From Chlamydiales bacterium (GTDB taxonomy: Bacteria; Chlamydiota; Chlamydiia; Chlamydiales; JAAZZY01): a DNA stretch of 64,000 bases. This document shows, one piece after another, positions 35,418-47,540 of the stretch. How positions within the stretch are numbered: position 1 is the first letter of the stretch; each line of letters opens with the position of its first letter. The translations under genes and the position numbers were made by a program. The notes below the pieces were generated by a model. It had not been told where the DNA came from. It saw only the letters and a program-made list of their open reading frames with translations, and searched no databases. The stretch covers positions 1-64,000 of the forward strand of contig CBDBKM010000013.1 of the NCBI GenBank assembly GCA_965206695.1. Direction: 5' to 3'.

Positions 35418-35586
35418 TTTCTTCTCCTTTTGTTATATAGTGGTTTAGATTTGAAATATTGTATTGAAAAGTAGGGGAGTAATTCAATGAAAAAGAAAAA
35501 GAATATAATTCTGATATTAAGAGGAAATTAAGATTAGATTTGTTGCGATTTAAATGTTTAATGGCTTCTGATAAGTTTTTTCAGAA

Positions 35587-37435
35587 CGCCCTTTCAACAT
35601 CGAAGTGCAACACTTGAAGCTTCCTTACTGAGACGGTTAAACACCTCCTCCGGAGTTGAAAAATTTAACACTTTTCGGGGTCTATTGTTAAGCAACTTCT
35701 CGATCTTTTTTAAATTACCTGCTGAGACTTCATCAAACCGTTTATTTTTAGGGAGGTATTGTCGAACGAGTCCATTCGTATGCTCGTTCAGCCCTCTCTC
35801 CCACGAATGATAGGGGGGTAGCAAAGTAAAAACTTGTCTCAAGTAATTGACTCACTTGTTCATGGTAAGCAAATTCTTTCCCGTTGTCAGCAGCTAATGT
35901 CATGACAAATTTTTGGACCGGTCTTAACCTGTTTACTAGCGCATCCTTTACTTCCTCAGCGGTTTTACGCGAGACTTTTTCCGGTTTTGTTAGCTTTGAG
36001 ACTCTTTCGACCATTGAGACAATAGACTTCTTTCGAAACTTATTGTGCCAACTCCAAATTGTAAATGCCGGCAATTAGATTAAAACGAAGAGCAAACCTT
36101 TTACGCCTATTTCCGTAACGATCAGTTATAATCTTGAATCGCTTTAAACGGGCAATGACATGTTCATTGAGAACTCGTTCTTTGGAAAGCTGTCGATTGC
36201 GTTTCTTATCATCTTTAGTCAATGGCTTCTTTTTACTTTTTTTCTTTGGCATTTGGGTCTTAGAATGAATATCTTGTAGACCTTTATTTTTTCTTTTTCC
36301 CTGAGTAAAAATACTTCTGTTTTTTTTGGGGCCTTTCAATAGGCGTTTCTGTTGCATCGATTAAAATAACGTCATATTCAACATCGCTCTTTAGAAGAGC
36401 TTTGCGTCCGGGCAAAGAGAAATCAGGGTGCTTGATTAATGTATCCTCGACCCACCTTACAGTTTTATAGGCAGTACTCTCACTAACACCCTAACTTTGA
36501 ATCACATGGAAATAAGTCCCGTATTCTCGGATATATTCTAGAGTCATAAGCAGCATATCCTTTATGCTTAGTTTGTTCTTCCTACCACCTTTAACTTTTT
36601 TGAGTGTGTTCGATTCTTCTAAAATCAACTGCATCCTATCAAATGTAGCTTTCTTAATGCCCGTTAGCCGACGAAATTTTTCGTCGTCTAAACTTTTAAC
36701 TGTTTCAAACTTCATGTTATTCTCACTTATTTTAACAAGAACATTATTATCAAAAAATTAGTTTCGAAAGAAGTCTAATGACTCCGCTCCCTTCTGTTCC
36801 TATGATTGTATCTAGCTCCCAATCGCCTAAACGAGTTTTCTTCTCTACGATATCAGGCCTTTCAGAAATATCTGTCCGTCCGGGAATACATCCTCGTCCG
36901 GCCCTATTTTTACCTCGCTTGTTATATTTCTTCCCACTATGTCTAAGGTGTTTATACAACAGGCCTCCTCTTTTCTTGTCCTCCCAAACATATTTATAGA
37001 TTGTCTCATGGCTTACAGCTTCTTGATAACCTTTCTTCTTCAGCCATCCCGATATTTGATCGGGGCTCCGCTGCAGGCTCAATTTCTCTTCGATAACGGC
37101 AATCATTGAACTGCTCATCTTTGGGTTTTGGGGCCTCGTCTCTTTAAAGCCTTCTCTTGAGCCCGTTGATACCGATATTCACGCTTTCCGCAATTTCGTT
37201 TTAGCTCGCGGTAAACAGTCGATCGATTTACTTCTAACTCACTGGAAATTAAGATGATAGGATTTCCTCTTCTTATTAAGGTCTACAATTGGCATCTCTT
37301 GTCTTTGTTTAAGTGACGGTAGCCATTTGGCATCTTTCCTCCTTGGTTTTCTTACGTTTACCATAGGAGATTTTTTACCACCTTCAGACAAGTTTAATTT
37401 GTAGCGGTTTGTTGCACTTCGATGTTGAAAGGGCG
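35587..37435 (-). mobile_element. IS30-family element interrupted by IS5
   Basis: TIR cgccctttcaacatcgaagtgcaac at both ends; matches 51785-52880. Confidence 0.92.
36024..36776 (-). mobile_element. IS5-family (ISL2/IS1381-like) element, internally deleted, nested in IS30
   Basis: TIR agacttctttcgaaact; 3-bp TSD AAT; KFRRLTG and RFNLIAGIYN motifs. Confidence 0.88.
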
Positions 37436-37440
37436 TTCAA

Positions 37441-38133
37441 AATAAATTAGCTAAAAAATTATTAACAACATCCAATGGAAGAAGAATATTAGATCAGTAT
37501 TCAAAGAATAGTTCTACAAAAGGACATTGGTACACATATAAACAATCTTTCTTTCAGGCGATTATTACCCAATATCCCGATACGTCACATATGTCTTTTG
37601 ATCCTTCACCTGACTCTTCAGGTGATGAGAGTGATGGAAAGTCTGATCCACCGAATTATTATAAGAAAAATCAGGAACAAACGAGATCGCTAACTTCATA
37701 TACTCCTATCCGCCAAGCTCTTACACCTCAAGAGACACTGCTTTCTGGGTATGAATTAACTTCTATGAAATGTGAATTAAACCCGGGAAAATATCCGGCG
37801 GAGCATATTTTTTCAATTGGCCGGGAAAAATATAGCAATTCTCTTGAGCTACGAACAACAACATTGTATGTAAATAGAGATCAGATAGTTTGTGTGCCTA
37901 AGGGATATCTAAATAAATGTATTCCTATAACCCATCGAAAAGTTAAATTTACAGTTATGTTAACGAACGGGAGAACTTTGAAAGATGTAGTGAAGGGAGA
38001 ACCGGGAAAAAGACATCATTTCCCTGATGGGGCCGGTAAGGGTAAGCCTATAGATGTCTATTTTGATGGTCGCTATGTTTATCTACCTATTGACACAGTA
38101 AAGAAACTAGAGCGCACCCAACTTCACATATAA
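37441..38133 (+). pseudogene. 5'-truncated hypothetical gene
   Basis: The frame of ORF 37591 stays open upstream to the IS30 boundary. Confidence 0.55.
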
Positions 38134-38165
38134 ATGACTCTAAATTCGATGAAGATATACCTACT

Positions 38166-40060
38166 GGGTGTGTTGCGATCTAACAGGTTTTTAGGATTTA
38201 GCAATGAAAAAAACGGATTGGATTTTAATCGTTTATTTTAGAAGCTTTTAAAGCTATTTATAGGATTTTGCTGTTGCAAGCCGAAAAATTTGACGAAATG
38301 TAGACATAGCTATCCTTCAATTTAAACAAACATTTGGGAAATTAAGCACCAATAAGTAAGCGTTTTAAGTTAAAGCTGATCGCTTGCATAAAGGCCGAAA
38401 ATTGGTTCTTAGAAACACCACGATAACGGATACGCTTAGGATCCTGAGAAAAAACTCGCTCATAGGGCGAGCGTAAACCACTATACCATCGATCGCAGTC
38501 TTTATTCTTTTCCTTCATATTATGTTTCTTAATAGCCGCTAAATGACATGTACGTTTAGCAGCAGCTTGCTTAGCCGGATTCGTACAATAACCTTTATCT
38601 GCATAAATGGCTCCTTGAGTAGGACAGACATGTTCCAAACCTTGAGCATCTGTTTTAGTACCCGGTGTAATGGCTACTTTATTAATTAAACCACTTTGCA
38701 TATCTACACTGATATGTTTTTTATAACCGTACCAAAATTTATCATTACCCTTACAACCAATACGGGCTTGTCCATCGCCGGCAACCTTCGGTAGTACCTC
38801 ATTATTTAATTTCTCGTATTTGGTTTGTAGGGCTTTATCTCGTTCTTTCCATAAATTGGCTTTATAGTCATTTAATTTTACATTGATAAGATTGCTTGAT
38901 CAATGGCGAATTTAAAATTCGTAACTTTTCGTAATATCTCTCTAACTTTATTTTTCATATTAGCCCAATATTTTTCTATAGGATTTAAGTCCGGAGAATA
39001 TGGAGGAAGAAACATAAGCTTACAACCGGCAGATTCTACTGTTTTCCTGCTTTCCGCTGACTTGTGAAAACCGGCATTGTCAAGAATAAGAACACTACCG
39101 GGTGTAAGCTGAGGAGTCAAAACTTCCTTAAGCCAAATATTGAATAACCCGGTATTACAAGTACCTTCAAAACACATTGGAGACAAAAACTGCCCTTTAG
39201 ATAGGGCTGAAATAATATTTTGCCTTATAAAGCGGTTTCCTGAAACCGCTCCAAAAACTTTTTTGCCGCGTAAGCTTCTTCCGGACTCACGAAATAAAAA
39301 TTGATGAATCCCGGTTTCATCGAGATAAATTCTCTTGTCAAAGGGAATATTTTTTAAATCTTTCATAAAAGCTTCCCGTTTCTTTTCATCTCTTTCCTTA
39401 TAGCGAGTAGTTTTTTTTTTCGTGTAATTTTTAATCTTTTAAGGGCATAAAAAATCGTTTGCGGAGTGACTGAAAAATAATCAGCAATTTCCGATAAAAA
39501 ATAATCCGGATGTTTTTCTACATATTTAGATAACAACTCATCATCTAATTTCTTATAAGCATATTTTCTGCGGATTGGCTTTAAATGTCCTTTTTGCTTT
39601 TTTTGCAAGATCCATCGATATATTATTGCGATACCTACTTGAAAAATATGGCCGGCTGTTTTTTTATCATGATGTTTTTCTATATGTTGTAATACTTTCT
39701 CTCGGAGATCTACTGAATAGGCTCTAGGCATTGTTTTGTCCTTATTGTTTGTATAAAAAAAGAAGGATAACATATTATCAAATAAAAATTAAAGTACTAT
39801 AGCAATCAAATGAGTGGCGTCTACGAAGCTAAAAACCTCATTCATTACTCCTTGTTTTCTTAGTTGATCTCTTAAGTCAGCAAAAATTTTGGATAGGATC
39901 TTTGTCCCTATTTTGTGCCTAACTTTACAAAAAGTGGTATGATCAGGGGTATTCTCTCTCAAACTAAAGCGACAAAACCACTTGGCTGCAGTATTCTCTT
40001 GAATGTAGCGTTCTAGCTCTCGATCGCTTAAATTTGCCATGAACTGAAGGAGTAAGCATT
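38166..40060 (-). mobile_element. IS5-family element interrupted by IS630 and truncated by an IS30 end
   Basis: Rejoined HLIA|KANLW; PDHTTFCK, VDAT, GYKKHI and ADKGY motifs. Confidence 0.88.
38865..39799 (-). mobile_element. IS630-family element, apparently intact (orfA/orfB joined by a -1 shift at A10)
   Basis: TA TSD; orfA MPRAYSVDLREKV; T10 at 39411-39420; orfB carries the DDE motifs. Confidence 0.9.
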
Positions 40061-40100
40061 CGCCCTTTCAACATCGAAGTGCAACACTTGCTGCTTCCTT
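40061..40100 (-). mobile_element. isolated IS30 right end
   Basis: cgccctttcaacatcgaagtgcaacacttgctgcttcctt. Confidence 0.85.
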
Positions 40101-40101
40101 T

Positions 40102-40584
40102 CAATCCAAGAAGGAAAAACTCCGGAAGAATTCTTCCGCAAGTCAGGGTACAAAACCTACTCAAAACTCTTCCTGCGGAACAAAATGTGTTAGTGAACAA
40201 GTTAAAGAGCAAATGTCTATAACACACCGACTTAAACACCTGAAGAAGAGACTCATTGAGATTAAAGGCCGGCAAGAAGACACTCAAACTACAACTCAAA
40301 TGAATATAATGAATCAAATTGAAGACCTGACGCGTAGACGTGAGGAGATTGAATGTGAGAAAAAGTCTTCTGCAAGTCGAGCTCAAAAACCAAAGCTACC
40401 TAAAAAATCAAGGGTAAATAGAGCACAGACACCACAAACCAAAGCTAAAATAGCTATAACACAGGAAATACATTACCTGACAGATAGATTCCGGCAGATG
40501 AAAATTCAGGAAGAGCCTTACAAAAACCAAGTATTCCGAAGGAAAAAACCAACTATTCCGAAGGATAAGATAATTTTAGGATGA
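40102..40584 (+). pseudogene. 5'-truncated coiled-coil, basic hypothetical gene
   Basis: The frame of ORF 40213 is open upstream to the IS30 end. Confidence 0.5.
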
Positions 40585-40804
40585 TTAATCCAACTCAATT
40601 TGTCAATTCTTCAACGATGACAATGAAACATAACATAAATTATCAGACGTTAAATTCAAAGTTTAAAATGTTATATAATTCCTTTGTACATTATCATCCC
40701 TTATCGAATAAACAACATATTCGCAACCAACGTCATATAAAGATACAAGCTAAAGTGGAGTTCCCTTTCCAAGGGGTCAAGCATCAATGAGGCCATTATT
40801 AAAT

Positions 40805-40838
40805 AAAAAGCCCGAATCTAAGTTATTCGGGCTAAAAA
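40805..40838 (-). terminator. intrinsic terminator
   Basis: agcccgaat/attcgggct stem followed by a T-tract on the minus strand, downstream of 40895-41734. Confidence 0.7.
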
Positions 40839-40894
40839 CTTTTATCTGGTTATGTTTTTTCTTTTAAACGTCAATAAAGATGTAAGTACGGTCG

Positions 40895-41734
40895 TCAATG
40901 CGGTATGCGGTAAGTATTATTAGTACCTCTAATAGGTGCGTTAATAATAACATAGTCTTGAATAGGATCTTGATTTTCTTCAAATTGTTTTCCGGAAAAG
41001 GCTTGTTTAAGCTCTTCTTTACACAATTTAGCTTTCATGTTTTTAAGGAATTGTCCTAAAGCTTTCCCTGTTCGATCGATAACCGGTTGGCTTGGCTTTT
41101 TTTCAACTTGAATAACTTGTGCTTTTTGCTTTTCGTTAACTTGAACACGTAATGCACGTAAAGCATTAATTAGACGAGTGACACACTCCCGTTTTCTAGT
41201 ATGCTTTTGCTTATACTTTTTAGCTAAGCATGGAGCTACTACACTAAGAAAGTCATATTTTCGCTCTTTGCAGGGATTTTGATGGAATTCGTAACACTTT
41301 TGTAACTTTTTTGCACCCCTTATCGCTTCTTGAATTAAGTCGAAGGAAAGAAAAGGATCGCTTCTTTTGGAATGCATGAGTTGTTGGACGACAGAGTGAA
41401 CAACACCTTGAATAATTTCTAAAGAATGTACCCTTCGCTCTTCTATCCTTAATTTTCTTAGTTTACAGCTTTTTATGCCTAAAGAACGAGCTAATCCATT
41501 TTCTTCAACACCTAATCGATAGTAACCATTGGAATCTTTATATAGGTAAGGCTTACTGGTTGTATTAGGTACTTTTGAGAGATCGTGTAATATTGCGGAC
41601 GCATCAAAATCTCTTTTTACATCGACTTCTTTGCTCTCGCTTTTCTTTTCTATTTGAGAGATAATGGGATGATGAAAATTCTTTTGTCTTTCATTTAAGT
41701 AACAATATTCATTAAAATCTGTATTTACAGACAT
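40895..41734 (-). CDS. hypothetical basic protein, paralogue 1
   Basis: 279 aa ORF with GGAGG RBS and terminator. Confidence 0.75.
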   Translation of the reverse strand: MSVNTDFNEYCYLNERQKNFHHPIISQIEKKSESKEVDVKRDFDASAILHDLSKVPNTTSKPYLYKDSNGYYRLGVEENGLARSLGIKSCKLRKLRIEERRVHSLEIIQGVVHSVVQQLMHSKRSDPFLSFDLIQEAIRGAKKLQKCYEFHQNPCKERKYDFLSVVAPCLAKKYKQKHTRKRECVTRLINALRALRVQVNEKQKAQVIQVEKKPSQPVIDRTGKALGQFLKNMKAKLCKEELKQAFSGKQFEENQDPIQDYVIINAPIRGTNNTYRIPH

Positions 41735-41869
41735 CTTTTAACCTCCAGGCTTTATTATTTAGTTAATACTATTTAGTTAATAAAACCCCTCTATAACGTT
41801 ATTAATTTTAACAAATAACCAATTAAAGTGAAATGCTATGGATTATTTTAATAAAGACAACTTATTCAA

Positions 41870-42733
41870 CGCCCTTCCAACATCGAAGTGCAATAAATAG
41901 AAGGAATTTGAAAATGGCCAAATGCCGATAAAATCTCTATAGTAAATTTTTGCAAAAAACAAGACTAATGGAGGAGTTTTTTATGCCTAAAGTCTATCGG
42001 TATTTAACCTATGAACAAAGATGCTAAATATATACTTTAAAAAAAAGAGGAGATTCTATTGAGGACATTTCTCAAGAATTAAATATTAATAAGACTACTA
42101 TTTATCGAAAATTAAAAAGAAACAGCTATGACGGCAAATATATTTATATTGCGGCACAAATCAAAGCTAAAAAAAGGCGTTTAAAAGCGAGCAGTAAAGT
42201 AAAGAAAATGACTACAGAACTGCTTATAAAAATAAAAAAGAAATTGTTGTTACAATGGACTCCTGTCCAAATATCAGGCAGATTAAAAGAAAAAGAAGGT
42301 GTATGTGTATCAGCCATGACAGGATCTATTAAAGCAGGTCGAGGATGTATTCCGGACAGAATTGATATTGATACAAGACCCCCTATTATCGATGAAAAAA
42401 CAAGAATAGGAGATTTTGAATTAGATACAATAATAGACAAAAATCACAAAGGAGCCCTTGTATCTATTGTTGCCGGAGCTTCTAAATATACAATGCTTAT
42501 GAAGGTAAAATACAAATAAGCTCATGGTGTTGCTAATGCTTTAATTGAATGCTTAGAGCCTAATTAAGAGCAGCGCTTTACTTTGCTAAACCCTATCATT
42601 CCCGGGAGAGAGGATTGAATGAAGATACAAATGGATTAGTAAGGCAATATCTTCCTAAAAAGACAGATCTTTCAAAAGTGTCTAATAAAGAGATAAAAAT
42701 AATAGAAAATGTATTAAATAATAAACCAAGAAA
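41870..42733 (+). mobile_element. decayed IS30-family element (second type)
   Basis: cgcccttccaacatcgaagtgcaa end; GDFELDTI and NEDTNGLVRQYLPK fragments. Confidence 0.85.
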
Positions 42734-42885
42734 AAATTCAAAGTTTAAAATATTATATAATTCCTTTGTACATTATCATCCCTTATCGAATAAACAACAT
42801 ATTCGCAACCAACGTCATATAAAGATACAAGCTAAAGTGGAGTTCCCTTTCCAAGGGGTCAAGCATCAATGAGGCCATTATTAAA

Positions 42886-42920
42886 TAAAAAGCCCGAATC
42901 TAAGTTATTCGGGCTAAAAA
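42886..42920 (-). terminator. intrinsic terminator (duplicated copy)
   Basis: Same hairpin as 40805-40838. Confidence 0.7.
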
Positions 42921-42973
42921 CTTTTATCTGGTTATGTTTTTTTTAAACGTCAATGAAGATGTAAGTACGGTCG

Positions 42974-43837
42974 TCAATGCGGTATGCGGTAAGTATTATT
43001 AGTACCTCTAATAGGTACGTTAATAATAACATAGTCTCGAATAGGATCTTGATTTTCTTCAAATTGTTTTCCGGAAAAGGCTTGTTTAGGCTCTTCTTTA
43101 CACAATGTAGCTTTCATGGTAGCTTTCATGTTTTTAAGGAATTGTCCTAAAGCTTTCCCTGTTCGATCGATAACCGGTTGGCTTGACTTTTTTGCAAATT
43201 GCATAAGACGTTGGTCTCGTGCTTTTTGCTTTTCGTTAACTTGAACACGTAATGCATGTAAATCGCTAACTAGACGAGTGACAGACACCCATTTTCTAGT
43301 ATGCTTTCGCTTATACTTTTTAGCTAAGCATGGAGCTACTACACTAAGAAAGTCATATTTTCGCATTTTGCAGGGATTTTGATGGAATTCGTAACACTTT
43401 TGTAACTTTTTTGCACCCCTTATCGCTTCTTGAATTAAGTCGCAGCAAAGAAGAAAAGGATCGCTTCTTTTGGAATGCATGAGTTGTTGGACGACAGAGT
43501 GAACAACACCTTGAATAATTTCTAAAGAATGTACCCTTCGCTCTTCTATCCTTAATTTTCTTAGTTTACAGCTTTTTATGCCTAAAGAACGAGCTAATCC
43601 ATTTTCTTCAACACCTAATCGATAGTAACCATTGGAATCTTTATATAGGTAAGGCTTACTGGTTGTATTAGGTACTTTTGAGAGATCGTGTAATATTGCG
43701 GACGCATCAAAATCTCTTTTTACATCGACTTCTTTGCTCTCGCTTTTCTTTTCTATTTGAGAGATAATAGGATGATAAAAATCCTTTTGTCTTTTATTTA
43801 AGTAACAATATTCATTAAAATCTGTATTTACAGACAT
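42974..43837 (-). CDS. hypothetical basic protein, paralogue 2
   Basis: 287 aa; paralogue of 40895-41734. Confidence 0.75.
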   Translation of the reverse strand: MSVNTDFNEYCYLNKRQKDFYHPIISQIEKKSESKEVDVKRDFDASAILHDLSKVPNTTSKPYLYKDSNGYYRLGVEENGLARSLGIKSCKLRKLRIEERRVHSLEIIQGVVHSVVQQLMHSKRSDPFLLCCDLIQEAIRGAKKLQKCYEFHQNPCKMRKYDFLSVVAPCLAKKYKRKHTRKWVSVTRLVSDLHALRVQVNEKQKARDQRLMQFAKKSSQPVIDRTGKALGQFLKNMKATMKATLCKEEPKQAFSGKQFEENQDPIRDYVIINVPIRGTNNTYRIPH

Positions 43838-43972
43838 CTTTTAACCTCTAGGCTTTATTATTTAGTTAATACTATTTAGTTAATAAAACCCCTCTATAAC
43901 GTTATCAATTTTAACAAACAACCAATTAAAGTGAAATGCTATGGATTATTTTAATAAAGACAACTTATTCAA

Positions 43973-46692
43973 CGCCCTTCCAACATCGAAGTGCAATAAA
44001 TAGAAGGAATTTGAAAATGGCCAAATGCCGATAAAATCTCTATAGTAAATTTTTGCAAAAAACAAGACTAATGGAGGAGTTTTTTTATGCCTAAAGTCTA
44101 TCGGTATTTAACCTATGAACAAAGATGCTAAATATATACTTTAAAAAAAAGAGGAGATTCTATTGAGGACATTTCTCAAGAATTAAATATTAATAAGACT
44201 ACTATTTATCGAAAATTAAAAAGAAACAGCTATGACGGCAAATATATTTATATTGCGGCACAAATCAAAGCTAAAAAAAGGCGTTTAAAAGCGAGCAGTA
44301 AAGTAAAGAAAATGACCACAGAACCGACATTCCTAGACCGTAAGATATTTTTTTTGAATTAGAATTATAGATTGCCTATCCTGTTACTTTTTATTTGATA
44401 CAAGGAGAAAAGTTATGCCGGAAGTTGCAGGAGATAATATTCAAACAGTGAACATGGATCACCATGGATTAATTGCAGCACTTTGCAGCGATCTAAAAGT
44501 AGCGGAAAGGATTGATACCGGATTAAAAAATCATCCACAAAGAAAAGTAAGTGCGGGACAGGCAGTAATTGCAATGATTCTGAATGGATTAGGGTTTACT
44601 AATAGACGTCTCTACCTAACACATCAATTTTTTGCTTCTAAATCGATAGAGAATTTACTTGGCAACGATCTTCGAGCAGAAGATCTCACAGATTATACTT
44701 TAGGTCATGCTTTGGATGATATTGCGAAATATGGGAGCAGTAAATTATTTGCTGAAGTTTCTTTTGGAATAGCCCTAGACCATGATTTACTACAAAAAAC
44801 GCATCATCTAGATACAACAAGCTTTTCCGTTCATGGGTCGTATGAAGTGAAAGATGATCCGCAAGTGATTGAGATTAAGCAGGGTTATTCTAAAGATCAT
44901 AGACCTGATTTGAAACAAGTTGTACTTTCTCTCGTTACCAATGGTCCGAGTTCTATGCCTCTATGGATGGAAGCCTTAGACGGCAATAGTTCTGATAAAG
45001 CAAGTTTTCATGAGACGCTCAAAAAAATCAGTGAATTTCAACAACAGATTGATGTAAAAACAAAGTTTAAGTGGGTTGCCGATTCAGCGTTATACACAAA
45101 AGAAAAGCTCTTAAAAAATAATGATTATAAATGGCTCACCCGAGTTCCCGAGATAATAGGAGAAGCAAAAAGATTAGTAGAAAAACCGGAAGAAGAAATT
45201 GATTGGATTGATTAGGAGAAAGGATATAAAACATGCAGCTTCACCTCTTTTTATGGAGGGATTAAACAAAGATGGCTTTTGGTTTTTTCAGAGCAAGCCT
45301 ATCAGAGAGAGATAAAATCATTAGAAAAAAAATTGACCAAGGCAGAAGAAAAGCTCAAGAAACAACTTTGGCATTTGGGTAATGAGGAATTTAAATGCGA
45401 AAGTGATGCTAAAAAAGCTTGGGGCAGATTGACTAAAAAAAATCATTTATATTCCATGAATAGTGAGATATTGCCGATTCTAAAATATGGTAAATTAGGC
45501 AAACCTAAACAAGGAGAGGAAAAACAAGTTGTTGGATACAAGATTCATGCTAGCTTTGAAAGGGAAGAAGAAGAAATTAATAAACTGATGAATAGAAAAG
45601 GACGGTTTATTTTAGCTGCGAATGACACCGATAGAGAAAATTATAAAGATGAGATGATGTTAGAAGAATATAAAGAACAGCAAAAGGTTGAAGGAGGGTT
45701 TCGCTTTTTAAAAGATCCTTGGTTTATGGTTGATTCTATTTTTTTAAAAACCCCTCGACGCATTGAAGCATTAATGATGGTTATGACATTGTGTTTAATG
45801 GTTTATAATATCGGACAATATCAACTTCGACAAAAATTGATAGAAACAGAAGAGACATTACCCAACCAATTAGGAAAGGAAGTCAAAAATCCAACATTAA
45901 GATGGATTTTCCAAATTATGGAAGGTATCGGAATAATCCGTTTTTTTCAGAAGACTTCCCGGAGAATTTGTAAAGAAATGATCACAAATTTAACCCGTCT
46001 TCGGAAAAAGATTATTGTTTTGTTTGGAAAGACTGCAATGAGGATGTATGGCTTAATTAGAAAAACTTGTTTAGAGGTCTAGGAATGTCGGACAGAACTG
46101 CTTATAAAAATAAAAAAGAAATTGTTGTTACAATGGACTCCTGTCCAAATATCAGGCAGATTAAAAGAAAAAGAAGGTGTATGTGTATCAGCCATGACAG
46201 GATCTATTAAAGCAGGTCGAGGATGTATTCCGGACAGAATTGATATTGATACAAGACCCCCTATTATCGATGAAAAAATAAGAATAGGAGATTTTGAATT
46301 AGATACAATAATAGACAAAAATCACAAAGGAGCCCTTGTATCTATTGTTGCCGGAGCTTCTAAATATACAATGCTTATGAAGGTAAAATACAAATAAGCT
46401 CATGGTGTTGCTAATGCTTTAATTGAATGCTTAGAGCCTAATTAAGAGCAGCGCTTTACTTTGCTAAACCCTATCATTCCCGGGAGAGAGGATTGAATGA
46501 AGATACAAATGGATTAGTAAGGCAATATCTTCCTAAAAAGACAGATCTTTCAAAAGTGTCTAATAAAGAGATAAAAATAATAGAAAATGTATTAAATAAT
46601 AAACCAAGAAAAAATTCAAAGTTTAAAACACCTATAGAGGTTTTCAATCAAAGAAATTTGGAGTATAATAATGTACGAATTTGTTGCACTTC
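43973..46692 (+). mobile_element. decayed IS30-family element containing IS1634
   Basis: Near-identical to 41870-42733; ends gttgcacttc. Confidence 0.85.
44324..46091 (+). mobile_element. IS1634-family element with in-frame TAG at 45213-45215
   Basis: Same TIRs as the 27846 copy; 6-bp TSD ACAGAA. Confidence 0.92.
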
Positions 46693-46776
46693 ATCGAGAC
46701 CTAAAACTTGAATGATTTAAATAAAAAAGATAACCTATGGGCACTTTAAGATTAAAATTAAGAAAGAGGTGAACTT

Positions 46777-47218
46777 ATGGCTTATATCAATTATTCTGAA
46801 CAAGGAGATAGCCCACTTCAAAAGCTTCTTGGGCATAACGTTGAAGTCTTAAAAAATTGGGATCATTTGCTCGATACTTTCTATAAATTCTCAAGCTTCG
46901 ACCCTGAATTTCAAGAAGAAGTAAGAAGAGCTATTGCTTATCAGATAGGTTGTGCTTATTGCATGTCGCATGGATGTCCTTCACCTGTTATTACAGATAA
47001 AAATTATTACAGATAAAAAAACGAAAGTAGCTGTTAGTTTTGCAAGAAAAATAGCCCAAACCCAAATTCAGATCTCCGAAGATGATATCAACCAACTCAA
47101 AAAGTTTTTTAATGACAAAGAAATTGCCGAATTATGCGCATTTATTGCCTTCGGAACAGGCTATGCTCGTTTTGGAGTAACTCTAAATGTCGATGTTAAA
47201 ATCTCAGAAGAGGTTTAA
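46777..47218 (+). pseudogene. AhpD/carboxymuconolactone-decarboxylase-family gene frameshifted by a 16-bp tandem duplication
   Basis: GCAYCMSH CxxC motif; ttattacagataaaaa twice at 46988-47019. Confidence 0.75.
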
Positions 47219-47239
47219 ACCACCTCGTCTGTAAATTAC

Positions 47240-47540
47240 TAAACTTTTATGATAATAGTAATGATTGCAGAAGGCATCTCCTTGTCATGAGAATTTTTGT
47301 CTGTTTCATCCCAATTTCAGAATTGCTAGCCATTGTGCTCCTCCAATTGGTTTTGAGAGTTGATGGATTGAGCACTTTGTGCAATGAATCTGCAAACCTG
47401 CTTCTTGTTTTGTCATTTCAAATTTAAATCCTAAAGCCTTGAGAGGTTCCCAAACTTTATAAACAAAGCTTTCTAAATATGATCTTCCATATTCTTGCGA
47501 ACATTACACCAACGTTGATATTCCTCCTTTCTTACTACAT
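47240..47540 (-). pseudogene. fragment resembling the L-2-amino-thiazoline-4-carboxylic acid hydrolase family
   Basis: Minus strand pieces LQIHCTKCSIH...TKILM / QGDAFCNHYY, with frameshifts. Confidence 0.4.

Larger units (their letters stand above)
40652..46628. repeat. tandem duplication of a ~2.1-kb unit (40652-42733 and 42734-46611, the second carrying IS1634)
   Basis: 17-bp aaattcaaagtttaaaa at 40652, 42734 and 46612; the units are colinear. Confidence 0.9.

Noticed and set aside
37441..37540. NADAR-like C-terminal motif (KLAKKLLTT)
   Set aside because: Resemblance is too short and the WG motif is absent
40581..40790. 69-aa ORF and its chimeric twin 42615-42872
   Set aside because: Spans the duplication breakpoint, has no motif and is probably non-coding
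40895..43837. Diversity-generating retroelement TR/VR pair
   Set aside because: Differences are not adenine-specific, include indels, and there is no reverse transcriptase in the window
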